Assembly (NCBI GenBank): GCA_964057225.1
Contig: OZ059900.1
Location: 10,602,001 to 10,666,000 of the forward strand
Source: Auanema rhodensis
Taxonomy: Eukaryota; Animalia; Nematoda
DNA length: 64,000 nucleotides
Direction of reading: 5' to 3'
Shown: in pieces, positions 14,154 to 29,421 of the stretch
Layout: every line of letters starts with the position of its first letter
How positions within the stretch are numbered: the stretch's first letter is position 1
The notes under the pieces: model-generated
Seen by the model: the letters and a program-made list of their open reading frames with translations, nothing else
What the model was told of the DNA's origin: nothing
Databases searched by the model: none
Made by a program: the position numbers and the translations under genes

Positions 14154-15361
14154 CTTTTTCAATCAAAGTCTTATTTTCACACTTCTTCAAGTAGTAAATG
14201 ATGTAATTTTTGCTTTTTATAATTATAATTTTCATTTTTGGCTATGACTCATCCTTGTCTCTTTATACGTTAAATACGCGTTTTTCTTTCGCAGTTATTC
14301 TATTCATTCCAAATCACCCTCCCACTCCCACCTTTCTTCTTTATTCTCTCTATTTTTCTCTCATGCGGTACTATTGAAAATTATTATTTCTAACTATAAC
14401 CTATTTGTTATACATCTTTTATGAACTTTTTATCAATTTGTTCCCATAAAACTTACAGAAAATCAAAAAAAAAGATATGGAAATATGTAAATATGTAAAT
14501 ATTTCGGAAACATAAAACTATGAATTTGAAAAAAATAAACACAAGAAGATAATTTAAATGTGATTTCTTAACTTGGTATATCCACAACATCTATGAATAT
14601 GCTATATAGTTATGATTTCATTATTCAAAAATATTAAAACTTTCAAGTAAATATTTAATGTTTTTTATGATTTTTGTACATTCTGTACGATAATCTGTAT
14701 GAACTATTGCCACTGTTTAGGATAACCATACTCAATATAACAAACTAAAACGTACATAATCATATTTCTTACCCAACAATAGTTTTTAATAAATGATAAA
14801 AGTTGATATTGATTACTTTAAATAAAGTATAAATATTATATAATAATACATAATTAAGAAACATCTAATTATTTCGTATTGGAAAATACAATATGCATTA
14901 AAATTCATAAAATTTGATAATGATGAGAGTAACTTTTATATTATCATTATTGTTATTTATATTATAGTGATATCTGTCATGAATATTTGTGTATTTTTTT
15001 AAACATTTTACATAAAAAAGACTATATCTTGGATTAATAAATCATTGATTGATTAGCATTTAACTATATATATATATACATATTTATATTATATGCAATT
15101 GCTTTCAAATATGAGTTACAATATGATTTCATTGAGATCGCTTTGAATAATGTTTTGAAATAACTATTATACTTAACTCAAGAAGGATGAGCATATATAC
15201 CAGCTCTAGTTAAGAACAAACTCATAGTTGATAAAATAGTGAATTAATGAAATGGGAAATGAGTAGCATACAGATAAACGATTCAGACTTTTGCTTTAAA
15301 GTAGAAGATGTTTCTTAACAATATAATCAAATATAACAGATAATAATTAAAAATCAATAAA

Positions 15362-15394
15362 AATAATAATAATAATAATATAATAATAATAATA
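15362..15394. repeat. (AAT)n microsatellite
   Basis: Direct reading; lies in the ser-3 3' region. Confidence 0.85.
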
Positions 15395-15702
15395 AACAAT
15401 GTGAGACAAGATTATGTAGCTCTCAAAAAGAGAAATATTTTTTCAAAAATTATGAAGAATATAATACCAATATTTATAAATTTATTAGAGAAACATTATG
15501 TATACCAGAATGATGAATGAAGAGATCAGATATAATTGGAATAATTATAATTATTATGATTATGTATACTAGAACTATATAATATTTATATATTTAAAAG
15601 GAATGATTGAAAGGAATCATCGAATTGATTGAAGAGAACATGAAATATGTGTGTCTCAAGCTGTATATAACAAACAAAAATTTCATATATCCTTATGAAT
15701 AA

Positions 15703-18463
15703 TCACAGTAAGCTGGGCTGCGTTTTTCGATTTCCGCGCGTAAATAATTTTTTTAATGCAATTTGATAATCGCGATTAAAGACCTAGAAAACATAATTTT
15801 AGAGTGAATTATTTAATTAACAACGAAATTTTATTATTACCGTATAAATAATTGGATTCATAGCTGAGTTGCTATATCCTAGCCAAGTTATGAACATTTC
15901 AATATGTGGATTTGGACTGCAGCTCTTGCAGAATTGAACAAGTACATACATTCTATAAACACATTGTTAGATTTTCTTGCATATTTGTGTTCATAGATGA
16001 AAAAAATATTATAACATAAGACTGACATGAAGAATGGAGCCCAACAGATTGTGAAACAGCCTAGAATGATGCCTAATACTTTAACACCTCTTCTTTCTTT
16101 TGCAGCCGAAATGGCTTTTGGCTTACGCTGCAGACTTCGTCTATATGTTCTTTCTTTTCTATAATAACAAAATAGCAAGAATAATAACCCAGTTATAATG
16201 TCTATATTTGAAATATAATTCCAACCTATTCTTATGTCGTTGAACTTTTTCATATGTGATCACTTGAGTATTTCGTTTTTCCACTTCATGTTTACGTTGA
16301 CGATCATAAACGGGGACCGATTTAGAAGCCTTAAACGTTTTACCCCCTTGTTTAAAAAATAAAATTTATAAGTTTCACCTTAATTTCAATCTTCACATAA
16401 GGAGCATCAGGTTTTCCTTCCACCACGCCAGTTACTGTTGTTGTTGTCTGTGTCTAAAAATTAATATTTTAAGACTATTCATTGTTCTGTCTCGTTCTGT
16501 ATAAATATACTTTCCACTACGTTAGAGCATATAAAATTTGTTTTCGCTATTATTTCAAATTTATATTTTGTATATTTGACCCAGACAACCGACTGAAAAT
16601 TAGAACAAAGGCTTTTGCTCTGGAATACGTCGCTAACTCTAGTTTTGAATGAAAATGGAATAATAGAAATTCTAACTTGAAACTTGAACTCAGAGAAAAA
16701 AAATGAGTTACTTTCTGTGTTTGAAGATGATTTTTTCAAAATTAATTACGAAAACTCAATTGAAATTTTTTAAATTGGAAATTTTTTTTGATCGAAAAAT
16801 GTTGAAATTTGATTCTTGTTATAAATTAAAAAATATATATAATAATATACCTCGTTCAATGCCGATTCGCTCCCATCGATCATATCTTCATCTTCATTTT
16901 CTTCTTCTTCTTGCTCGCGAATTACGTTATCGCTATCATTACCTAAGATTTCAATGAGTTCAATTCGAACAGAGCAGAATGTGTTTTCAAATTTTGTTTT
17001 AAGAATAATCAGCACATCAACTCACTATCATCTTCTTCTTCTTTAGCAAATTCATCAGATGTTGGTAGTACATGACTGATTTCATGAAGAATTGTTGATT
17101 CAATATGTTTCCTTATCACCTAAAATATCAGGTAAGTAATATACCAATACTATCTGTTTATTGATTATTGCATTGAAAACGTTTCATTGTTCAAATAAAT
17201 CATTTAAATAATTATAAGAAACTTATATAATTACAGCATTACGTTTTTCTTTTGACATTCCTAAGATAAAACGTTTGAGATTTCAGACATTTTTTAAATT
17301 TTTTACTAAAATTAAAAAACTTAAAGTTCATCTAAACTTTAGTCAAACTATCCTCTATAATGAAATACTTAATTGTTGTTTAAATGATATATTTGAAATT
17401 TGAAATGCACAAACAACACAAGAAAAAAGAATGAAAAGGAAAAGTTCATGCAACATGCTTGGTGCAGACAAGATTTGATTATTCAATTAAAATTAAATAA
17501 AGCCAATAAGAACCTATTTCATTTCTACAAATTATAGGTCATATAGGCGATTTCAATCGGATATACCCTAGGTATCTACGTTTTTTTCCTATTCATAATG
17601 AAACAACTCTATAATCACTTACATTGTATCAACGTACGCATATACACACAGACGCGCACACAGACACACACACACACTATCACACACACATATATGTATA
17701 TACACATAAATCAGGCGTAATGAATAGCATAGTATATTTTAAGCTCCAGAATGACATATCATATTTCAGTTTTTTATATACTTACTGCTTATAAATTAAA
17801 TATTATGTTCAATTTAAAATTAAAGCCCGACACACACATATACATATATACGAGAACGCATATCAAACACAATCCACATCAACTAATACGATGAATTATC
17901 TCAAACATTTGATAAACATCACTAAAACCTATATAAGTTGTGATAATCTGCTACACTGTATGCATTCGTATATTATTTCTAGAGATCTAATTTAATAGCA
18001 ATCAAACGGAGAAGAAACAAAAAAAAAGAAAAAAAAACATTTTGTTTTAATTTAGTTCAATTCATTTTGAAATATGTCGAGAAAAATAAATCTCGACATA
18101 AATTAAAGCAATCAACTAAACATAGAATATGGTTTTACACACCAAAAACGGAACTCATAAATGCGTGTATGTGTGTGTTATTTCACAGAAGAGTATGTGA
18201 CTTGTGCATTGAATTAGAAACAAGGGCATAGTGGAGTGATATTGGTAAGAGAAGGTGCTGTTACTGCGTGCTGTTGTACAGCAAACAGGAAATTAATGTA
18301 GGGTTGATACTACTATGATCACTAATTGAAAATGAAATTATTATTACATTTGAAAAAGGAAATTGAAAAATTATGAACATTTTGTGGATGTGAACAGTCA
18401 TTCATTATCAATGCATTTTTTTTCTTTTTTTTTATTGTAATTTAATTATATACATATATATAC

Positions 18464-18512
<49 letters not shown>

Positions 18513-21500
18513 TGTGAATTTGCTATACCATATATCAAGTCAAAAAGTATATAAATGTAAAAAAAATAAATAGTTGCTTACGTGAGAAGAGACAGCCAGC
18601 TAAAAACTTGAATTGTAAAAAAGTAAACTATATATCTATATATACATATATATAATTTGTTATATATTCACTATAGTACTACCGAATTTTTAAAAGAATT
18701 TTTTGTAAAATATTTTCAGTCAATTATACATATAATTTCATCATGAACAGTCATATTACTTCAAATCAGTAATATAAATGCATTATATATATATAGTATA
18801 TTATGTATATATCATATAGATATATTCAAATTATATAAATATTATATACAATGAGTATGAAAAAAATATTATTAATTACACTTTTTTTCTTTTTTTTTCT
18901 TTTTTTTTTGTTGAAAAAAATGATGTTTATTTAAAAATAAATGTTAGCACAATGAATGGAATAATTGAGTTGTATTCGACATATTTAATTCATTTTTGGC
19001 CTTTTCTCATCTTCACATCGCATTACTCATACCCTTTAATATATGTTTAGCCAACAAAAACCGTTGTTTTTAGCTTCTTTTTGATTAATACACATATACA
19101 CATCATTTATTCTCTATATTCGAAATACCCACACACGCAAAAATACATCATACAAACATGACTACGCATAGTATAGTATCTAAACTACACACATTTAATT
19201 TTGATATTGCTTTGACTCTACTTGATTTACTTCTTTCTTTCGCACATTCAACCTACTTCACACGCAAGAATATCATATATTCACAATTATTTTAACTGAA
19301 GAGTTTACATTCACAAATAAAAAAAACAGAGAACCAAAATATAGACAAAATAAAATGCGAATCTTTTATGCTATGCAAACAGAAAAAAAAACTTTTCAAG
19401 CCCACATGACATTTTTCTTCCCAAATTTAAGTTTGATGAAATGAACTTTAAATTAATTTCGTATTTTTTCATGCATATAATATATAATATTTATATAATT
19501 TATGTTGATATATTGATATAAATGATATAGTATCTATAATTAATATTCATAATAATGATCAAAATCATAACCATTAATAAATTCTTTTCGTATTATTATG
19601 ATTATTATTATTATCTATTATACTATTTCAAATTCAGTTTCAATTTCACAAAGTGAGTGAAAAAAAAATCGAATGCATTTTAAGTTTATATTGTTTTGGA
19701 ATAAAGATATACATATATATTTATATTTAATATACACACATAGATATATGTATATATATATTTACCTATATGAGTGAGTATATATATATAAATATATATT
19801 TAAATTATTATATTAAATATAAATATAAAGGACTGACAGATGAAGTATAATAGATATAGACAGAAGCAGACCACAGATAGTAGACAGCAACAAGTAGAAA
19901 AGCACTCTTAGCTTTTTTTCTTTTTTTCTTCACAATTTGCTAGTTTATTTTGAGTTTTTCTTATATTTTTTTTGTAGTTGGAAAAGACTTGTAACAATGT
20001 AACATTTGAAATTGTTTTCATCCAATTTCGTACTTAGATATTTTCTCATGCACATTGATATCGAATTGTTAGCATAAAATAATGTATATGTAATATTAGA
20101 CAAGGATTTGTCTATTACATGTACTTTTCAACTGTTTTCAATGCACAATTATCAATAAATGATATTGAGATATGTATTGCTATGTACTGCACAATCACAA
20201 TATCATTGCATAAACTACTGATAGATTTGCTACTGTCTTGGTTGCATTGTTAATTATTAAATATTAATTATTAATTTGTATTATTATCTACTCTAAATTT
20301 TCTAAAAAGAGTTTACGAACTGTTAGAAAGTGCCTTTCTACTAGTAGCTGCTACTGTATACAACTTAAGGATTAGATTGAAGATAATTGACTGACCTTTT
20401 GACGGTAGATTTGACGAGCCCGATGCTTAGCAAATGCTTGATAGATCTTGAAATAGACAAAAAACATGAGAATTGTCGGAATAAAGAAGGATCCTGTTGC
20501 CGAATAGATTGTATAGCTTTGCAAATCCAGAAAAGTACACTGATATGTTTGAGTATTGACATCCAAAATCAAATTTGGTGATGCGGCTGTCTATAATATA
20601 TTTTATTTGATCTATGGTTAATGATCTTATATCAATTTTTTGTGAAATAACAGCAAAAGCAATGATTTCTCTGCATATTTAATTATAAATAACTGTTTTT
20701 ATGCAAAGTAAGTTCAATTCTACTGATTTCTAATCTATTATTCCATTTGATTTTACTCCATTCAATCATTTCTTAGATAATCATATGAGTATAAATTTGA
20801 ATTATCCACCTGTTTCCAGCCGAGTAATGGAGCTAACGATATCAATGCACTGGATGCCCAAACCATCAAAATCATGATTCCAGCTGTCTTTTTATTTCTA
20901 AAACATAATTGAAAACTGGGCGGTATGTACTATTTTCGTTGACTTTACTAGAGCAATGATGACAAATAGTTGCTCATAGTAATGTTCAGAATTGAATATA
21001 ATTTTCTTTTTAATATAAACTTTGTTCTATTATTATTGATAGAGAAGTAAAGAAAACCTTTTGTTCATATATGCCACAGGTGTTGTAATCGCCCAATATC
21101 TATCCAAGCCCACTATACATAAATTCCAGATGGAAGCCGTAGAACAAAGAATGTCGGCTGAGACAAAAACCTCGCAGAGAACTTCAGGAAAAACCCATTC
21201 TCCAGCTAGAGCATATATAGAAGATAATGGAAGAACTATTAATCCGAGGCATAAATCGGAAAAAGCCAAATTGCCAACCTTCAACATATTTGTATTATGT
21301 AAAATCATTTGTTTTATATACTTATAAATATTTGCTTATATATAGAAGAAAGTACAAAGTAACTAAAACTTAAGCAAAGTGCTTTTATGCACTAAGAAGT
21401 AAACTCACCAACAAATTAGGAACAGTTTGGAGACGTGGATTTTTATATAAGACAATGAAAACTAATGTATTAGCAAATATTGTCCATATAACCAGTAGAA

Positions 21501-21549
21501 ACAAGGCGCCACCTTTTAAGAGTTGAAATAAATTCGTGCTAGGTATCAT
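15703..21549 (-). CDS. ser-3: Aminergic (octopamine) class A GPCR, 11 exons, about 444 aa
   Basis: Minus-strand exons 21549-21409, 21278-21058, 20897-20810, 20590-20396, 17119-17026, 16942-16851, 16453-16379, 16329-16226, 16158-16027, 15952-15841, 15783-15703; phases are consistent, 1335 nt. It has the TM3 amine-binding Asp (VSADILCSTAS), DRY, TM5 SATGSFFIP, KERRGVKVLGII, CWAPFF, and WLGYSNSAMNPIIY. The segments PSTNLFQLLKG, KNPRLQTVPNLL and VIRKHIESTILHEISHVLPTSDEFAKEEE match my recollection of C. elegans SER-3. Confidence 0.88.
18447..18508. repeat. (TA)n microsatellite in ser-3 intron 4
   Basis: Direct reading of the sequence. Confidence 0.9.
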
Positions 21550-21567
21550 GGTATTGTCCAGGTTTTA

Positions 21568-21574
21568 CTGAAAG
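21568..21574 (-). promoter_or_regulatory. Likely trans-splice (SL) acceptor of the ser-3-like gene
   Basis: CTTTCAG lies 18 nt upstream of the ATG and is immediately followed by an in-frame TAA, so it cannot join a coding exon. Confidence 0.55.
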
Positions 21575-22789
21575 TAGAGAAAATATTAAAAGTTATTACC
21601 AGATTCAGTAGTAATTAATTTAAAAAGAAAATTGAATAAGGCTGATACTAGCTGGAAGAATCAGAAATACGTAGTAAAGATGACGTAAACTAAAAAAAAA
21701 GGGTAAGAGTGATAGAAAGACAAAGAGAGAGAAAGTGAGATTATGTTGTCACATTTCAGCCTAATACAAATTTATTTGTAGAGGTCAAAAAAAATTAAAG
21801 CAAGAACAATATAGATTTTTGATTATTGCGAGTTCATATATAGTTAATGCGTTGTCATAAATTTATAATTATTATTATTTCACAAAATAGTTATTCATAT
21901 TTCAATTTGTTAAAGTGAGATATATAAATTATATGTTGAATTATATGAATAAATAAATAAATATGATGATATACTATACTTTCTTTTCATTATTTTTCTC
22001 AAAAATTATTGTTTATAAACTAAAAACTAGATTTACCAGTTGGGTTTTACGGTTAAAAAGCTGATACTAGATCTAAAACTTATGTCTGAATGAGCTGAAT
22101 AAAAATAAAGTTGATATTCACTGATATTGACTGAACATCAAATGGTCAGAGAAAACACTAAAACCTTGTGTGGGGGGCGCTTTCGGTTTTCTTCTAGTGC
22201 TTCTATACGATTGAAAGTTATTAAAAGGTGGAGATAAGCCGTTTCAGGGAAAGAAAAAAATATTAGACATATTAATCCTAAGGAGATTTTATTTTAAAAC
22301 CTGTTCAATGACGTTTGTTTCAGCTTGAAAGTGTAGTTATGCGTGGTAGAAAGAGTTGCTTCACAGAAAAAAGACAAGTAAAAGGGTGAGAATGAGGGGG
22401 AGAGGCGTAATGGATGTATATGGATTGGTGAGCAAAAAGCAGAAAGAAAAAATTGGGAGCAAATGAATAAGGTGAGATGAACACAGAAGAATGAGTAGGA
22501 TGAGAAAAAGAAGGTTCACGACAAAATGCGATAAAACGTGGGTGGAAATCAAGGAAATAGAACATATAACTACGATCCGAAATCTTACAATATCTGAAGG
22601 TATTGAAAATTTAAAACAGAACATGAATATCGTTTAAATAGAAACAAGTTCAGATGTAAAATGAACAGAAGAAAAACAAACCAGGAAGTTTTGAACCGAG
22701 AAGCCAAAAATTCAAATAAAAGCACTGCATTATGCAACTTGTTGACGTTGAACAATGCAATAAGAATATAGTAAATTATAATATTATAC

Positions 22790-22796
22790 TATATAT

Positions 22797-22836
<40 letters not shown>
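22790..22836. repeat. (TA)n microsatellite
   Basis: Direct reading of the sequence. Confidence 0.9.
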
Positions 22837-22838
<2 letters not shown>

Positions 22839-25800
22839 GGGTATATTTATGTATAATATAGATATACATATGTATAGTTTTTCTGGTTATAATAATATAT
22901 TTTTTGTATGTAAGAGTGAGTACAATTGCAATAAGGTAATCATATCTATCTTGTTCTTCAGATATATCAAAATATGATTTTGCACATATAATTTTCAGAG
23001 ATGAATAACAACATATGAGCAAAGAGGGAGGGCAGAAAAAAACAGAAAAAAAATGTTCGTTTTGGTTAAGTAGTTGATGTATGACTAAGTATCTCATGAT
23101 TTATTGATATTTTATTATTTAGCTTTCAACATATATTCGTAATAGGTCAACAGACTTGTTGAGAGAGAAACATATTTGGTTATACTATTTTAATTTTGCA
23201 ACAGAAAAGAAAAAATGTCGAATTTTGTGCTGAAACATTGGACAAAGCTATGAGGAAAATATAAAAAATTTAAACAAATAATAGCTCATGCGGCAGAAAA
23301 AAAATAATTATAAAAATAACAATGTAAAAAATATGAAATACGTCTGCGTGAGTTGTTTATACTAGCCTTACGAGTTAACTGATGACTTTTTGTAATTATA
23401 ATATTTATAATACCATTTTCATCTTTTTTTTTTTTGCTTTTTCTCTCATTTGCTTGCCTCACTTTCATTTCTCAGTTTCTTGGTTTTTAATCAAGTATGC
23501 ATATATTTTGCGTGTAGTAAATCGGTTTTCTAATCATAAGTTTCTCGTTTTTTTTTTCATTTGGTTTTATGAATTAAGTATGCTGAAAAAACAACAAAGC
23601 GCAGATAATGTTAGAAAGGAATTTGAATGATGTAAATACTTATTCATTCTCTACTTACATATTTGAAATTCCAGCTTTTCTTAGCTTATTGTTAAAAACC
23701 AGGCTGGTATCAAGTTGTCAAAAAAGCCCAAACGTGGAAAAAAGAACGAGAATGAATACAAGAGAAAATTGAGAAAAGGAGAGAAAGAGAGAAAATCCCA
23801 TTTACCCTGTATTTTTATTTTATTTACAACATGTGTAGCAGTAAGAAAACAAAACATAGTAAGAGTGTGAATAGGTTGAAATGCAACTCAAATTTTTTTT
23901 TATCTGCTTCTCTTTCAGTTTCTTGCTCTTTTTCTGTCGGTTAGTTTCCCTAGAATGTTTTTTTCTCTTCTTCCACACATTTACATCTATTAGCCATCAG
24001 CGTGAAGCTCTACATGACAAAACCGGAAATAAACTCATTCTAATTGCAGGCATATTACTCACACTGATAGCTAGGTTTCATTTTGAAATGAAAAACGTTT
24101 TTATTCCTTTTGCAGAAAAATCATAAGGAATGAAAACGTTTTCGATGCTTCTGTTTCATCTGGCTTACGCATTATTCAAGTGAACCTTTATACAATCTGA
24201 GAAACGTTGATTATGGTGAAATTGGATAACTCTTTATTACCACCGCTATAATGGCAGTTACTTGAGGAAAGACAATTGAAAAAAATAAAAACATCGAGAA
24301 AAGGAAAAAAAGATTCTCGAGCTAGAACAAGATAGAATTTTTTTATTTTTTTAAGATAAATAAAAAAGGCGAGAAGAAGTGAAAAACGTGAAAACAGGGC
24401 GGCATAAAAACATGACGAAAAAGACAAAATGTAAGAACAATAGAAAAAACTCTGAACTGAATAATTCAGTGTTTCTGGTTAAAAACTGAATGAGATATAT
24501 TGTAAAATAAATAGATAAAGACAAAAAATCGTAAAAGTTGAAAAGTTCGCAATTGCTACAGGTGATGATGTAAGCGGAAAATAAGGAAACATAAAACAAG
24601 CGTTCTAATTGAATATTGGAAGTTTTATTATTTATAATCAGAGAATATGTAAAAAAAAGTGTCTTGTTAGACAGACTAAATCAGACTGTGTATGAGATAT
24701 GCAGCATTGGGGGATAGGTCCAGGTCATAAATGAAAAATAATGCGGAAAAGGCGAAGTTTATGCTGAAGAGCAAGCCGCGGTCGGGTTGATGAGAAAACA
24801 GAAATAGATAAAAAAAAGATTGGACCACTAAAAATCAAAAAGAATACTCAAAAGTAAGCCTAATCAAGTGAAAAATATATGAAGGGAGGAGGCAAAGAGA
24901 ATACTGCGGACAAGACAGTTTTGAGAAATAACAATAAAAATATGTCATCTTGAATATCGAAATAGTTAATACTTAAAGAATGTCTGAAGGATTATTCCTG
25001 CTTTAATTACATGGCATGAGTTATTTTTGATATAAAAAGAACAATAGAATGACAAAATAACACCGGATGACTACATACATCAAAATGCGATTGAGGATTA
25101 GAATACTCCATCTTTTTCACACATCTTTCCACATCGTCTTTTTATTTTTCATTTAACTTTTTATTGTTCATGGTCTACCTCTATGATTGAAAAAAGGAAA
25201 AAGATTATCAAATATGAGCTTCAACAGCCATTCAATAAACTTTCAAACTTTTTCATTTGGTAATATTGTAGAGGCGAAAAGCTTTTTCAATTTCACCACG
25301 GAAATAAACTTCATAATTTGATATAGGAAAAGGAAAAAGCTGAAAATCATTTAATAGATTTTTCTCGGGAAGATTTTCAACCAGTAAAAACCTCATTTCG
25401 AATATTATCTTCTTTTGAAAGAAACATATGCGATATAATGATCGAAATACACTGTCTGTTTCTAAGAGCACTTAAATTGAGCGAGAATATTGAATATCTA
25501 TTTTGTTTTCCAAGTTATAAAAGCATTACATCCATAACTTGATGATATATTGTATGCTTCAAGTATACTTCACATTATTAAACCCACAATATCCACTTCT
25601 CTTGTTGCAAAATTGCAGAAAAACAATGAGTATGAAACAGTTGTGTATGTTTCAAAAAAGTGTATTCAATACTGTAATGAAGAAACGGAAAAAAAATTGA
25701 GAAGTAAGACGTGAAACAACAAAATGATGATTATAGATAGAAAATACCAAACTATTATTTCCCGTTTCGTTTTTACGTAAATATTTTGAGTCATAGAGCA

Positions 25801-27662
25801 TTAAAGAAGAAATTATGAAATTGATATAAAATGCTCTATTGGACAGGAAATTACATTTTTCACCATAACGAATATGAAATTTATGAAAAGAAATTTTCGT
25901 TTTATTATGAAAATGATTTAAAAGCATTATTAATCTTCCCAATGAAGTGCAAAGCTCAGTTTTTTGATATATACATAATTTTATAAAAAAAAAATTCAAA
26001 AATGCCATTTTTTTTATATGATAGAGCAATCCTTATCAGAATTTTTTGTATATAAACAAATTAAAAAAAACTGGTTCTTGAACTTACGTGAAGATAAAGA
26101 CGTATCATCACTCGAACAGCCCTTTTATGCGTAAAATGCAAAAAACTTCTGAACGCTGTATCCCAACAATAGCTGAGCACGAAGAGTCTACAACACAACA
26201 CGCTTGCGATTATGTGGTGAGCGCTGTCCTTCAAAGCAAAAAGCAGTTAAAAGGTGTTTCTCGAAATAAATTTTAAAGAAAAAACAGAAGGAAACAATAA
26301 GAAAGCATGAAACTAGATGTTCAATAACCTATTTTTTTCTTTGGAAACAATAAAAATATAATAGAAGGAGAAAGAGAGATAAAGGGAAAATCAATCATCT
26401 CTATGAAAAAAAATGTCATTTCATAGTTATGTGGCAATGTTGGAAACCGTAGATTGAGAAGCAATAAGAGGAAAAGGACGAGATCTGTGTCTATACCCTC
26501 TCGATCACTATGTTTCTATCTATCTAAATATAATTTTTTGATATGCTATGAAATAGAAAGATTAAGAGATGGATGAAGAATGAATGAAAATTATAAATCC
26601 TTTTGTTAATATAATGTGTGAAGAGTCGTATGCAAACAACGAAAACCTTCTAGAAGCCCAATTCAACAACATTCCTCTTAATCGTCTGAGCATTTGACCA
26701 GTTTTGATTGTTAAGTTTGGTCAGCAAAATATACTTGAATGAAAAAGAGGAAGTAGAGAAAATATAAAGTAAATGAAAAATATCACGAGAAAAGAATAAT
26801 AATCAGAAATGAAACAGTTGAAGAAACTTTCCGGCTGCCAATATCATAACCTAATTTAGAAGTCATACTTTGAAAATTCATTTCCTTGATTTCTCGTGTG
26901 TGAAGTTTATTGCGGCGTATAATAGAAATTGAGCAGAGAAGTGTCAAAGGTATTTTAATCGTAAATAGGGGATAATCTGTACTCTCTGACACGAAATATT
27001 ATTTTTTTCAAATTGAGGCCATTTCTCTGTTTACGTTTTCACATCAAAGCTAAGGTAAGTCACAACTTCTATTTCTCAGAAGACTGAATACCTGAAAGGC
27101 TGTAGAGTAATGAGCACTTACAACTGTAAATAATAACAATAGTCTATCACTGAATGTATAGATGTTTCAAATGGGAAAAAAACGGAGATTTGAGAGAGGT
27201 GAAAAATCAAATTTGCTAAACTGCAATGTATCACCAATAAGCTGAATAAGTTATGTAATATTTGTAGATAAATTGTTGCTTTCTTTGTGACTTTTAATAG
27301 AAAAAAGTAAAACTCTTCCGCTTTTTCTATATTTTTGCAAGAAAATAACAATGAAGGAACTTGAGAGCATATAAAAAAGTAAAATCCAAATAGGTAATTG
27401 AGAGAATTTGCTTATTCAGGTCCACATCAAGCTGTTGGATTTGTAAAAAAGATAGGAATGCAAATATGCGAAAGGACGAAAGCTCAACTATTAAAATTCA
27501 CTGGGTAGTTTTATTGTTTTTTGGAAAAAAAAGGACACAAACAATAGCTCTCGGACTTGACCACAGAAAGAGAAAATGAGTAATGAATAAAAAAGTGTCG
27601 AGAAGCAAGTAAGTTAGTGATGGATTATGAGCTTCAGTAGAGATGGCATCGATGTGGGAGCA

Positions 27663-27689
27663 ATATATATATATATATATATATATATA
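27663..27689. repeat. (AT)n microsatellite
   Basis: Direct reading of the sequence. Confidence 0.9.
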
Positions 27690-29370
27690 GGAAATTGGTA
27701 TTGGGCTAACTAACTGCTATCAGGAAATTTCTTTACACTATCTCTCAAATGTCATGCGTTTGGCGATTAAACGATTTTCATTCTTATAATGATAAGCATT
27801 ATCGTTGAAATTTGCTAAGAAGGCATTAGCGATGATGTAAGTAATCCAGCCAGGAGTATGAGCTGCTGTTACTGATGGCCGATTTGATGCAGAAATTGTT
27901 CTAAAACTGCCGCTCCTCTAATAGATAATGTGTTCAAGAATAAAAATGCGGATATAAAGCATCCTCCCCCTATTTCCACTTGTCTAATGATTCAAAGTTC
28001 ACTAAGATACTTAAAGTATTTTTCGTAAACGTTTTCAACGTTATGTTTTTTCAACTTTTTTCAAACTTTTCATTGAAAATAATCAGACTTTCTCTCTTAT
28101 TTCATCAATATGTGACAATTGAAGCGAGAGAGTTGCTCAAGACATGATATAGACGTATGAAATTGAATAAAGTTTGCAAAGTCTACTACTAGAAAAGGAA
28201 GCCAAATGAATGTTGGGGCAGAGGTCAATAATTGAATCGCATGCACTTTAGCTTTTCCATAAGATTAAGAGTTATATCGTTGTAAACAAAATGTACATAC
28301 GCATATATATAATAAGATTTTAAACGTATAACACATACAAGAACAAAACAAGTTTTCAAAACATTTAGAAACAAAAAGAAAAATCGAGAAAAATGAAGAT
28401 AAGAGATTGCTGCATGTGTGTTTGAGTTATGTACACAACTAATGTATTCACACACGTATATTAGATATGTATACCATAGAGTTAGTGGTAAAATAATAAA
28501 AAATGAACAAGAAAACGAATATGTTTGAATAGAAAGGATTAGGTAAGCGATTTGATTCTTACACAATCTGACACTCAAACATGTTTAACTTTATTTTCAT
28601 TTATCCTGCATACTTATTCTCATTTTTTTTTGCTTCTTCATTTGGCTTTATCCGTCTCTCTGTGACATGAAAAGCATTAATCCTAAGTATGTGGATTATA
28701 TGCTTTTGGGGCAAAAAGATAGAAAAAGCTTATATGTATTAATGATATTATGACTGAAAATGCCAAATATATTCTTGAAACACTTGAAAAATAAAAAAGC
28801 CATACCAATTCCAGATTTTAAGAAAAAAAGTAAAATTAATTGAAAGGGACAAAAAAATTTATAAAAAGGAATGGGAACTGGTGATTGTATTCATTAAACC
28901 TGGAAAAGGTGATTATTTTAATATGAAAAACAAGAAAGCATGAGCAAGTACCTTATATTCATGTAAGAAACATCGTTATAATGATTATTGCTGTCAAGAT
29001 ATGGAGAAAACAAAACATAACGAAGACGGGAAATATTAGTTGGAGACGAATATAGACAGCGTGAGATCAGATGGAAATGAAGCGAATTGAAAAAATAGAA
29101 AACAAAGAGAAGATTATTAAAAAAGCTAAAGAGTTAAAAGTCATCAATAAATTAATCTTTTCTAAGCTCTGCTGCCATTTTTAGATAAAGCTAATCAAAT
29201 AAAGGAGATATAGAAGAAAATGGCAAAGATTTTCAAACATGGACGACAAACATCAGTATTTTAAAGTCACATAATGTTTGATGATGATGTAAGAGATGTA
29301 GTGGATCGTTGCGCTCATTTCATAAACATTTCCATGTTTCCTTTTTTTTTTGTGAAAGAACAGGTGAACA

Positions 29371-29421
29371 ACAGAGAGAAAGAGAGAGACACAGAGAAAG
29401 AGAGAGAGACAGACAGACAGA
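29371..29421. repeat. (GA)/(GACA) compound microsatellite
   Basis: Direct reading of the sequence. Confidence 0.8.

Noticed and set aside
12148-21327. Antisense or alternate-frame ORFs over GPCR exons (12148-12375, 16703-16957, 20365-20562, 20387-20581, 21061-21327)
   Set aside because: Shadows of real sprr-2 and ser-3 exons, with no independent coding evidence.
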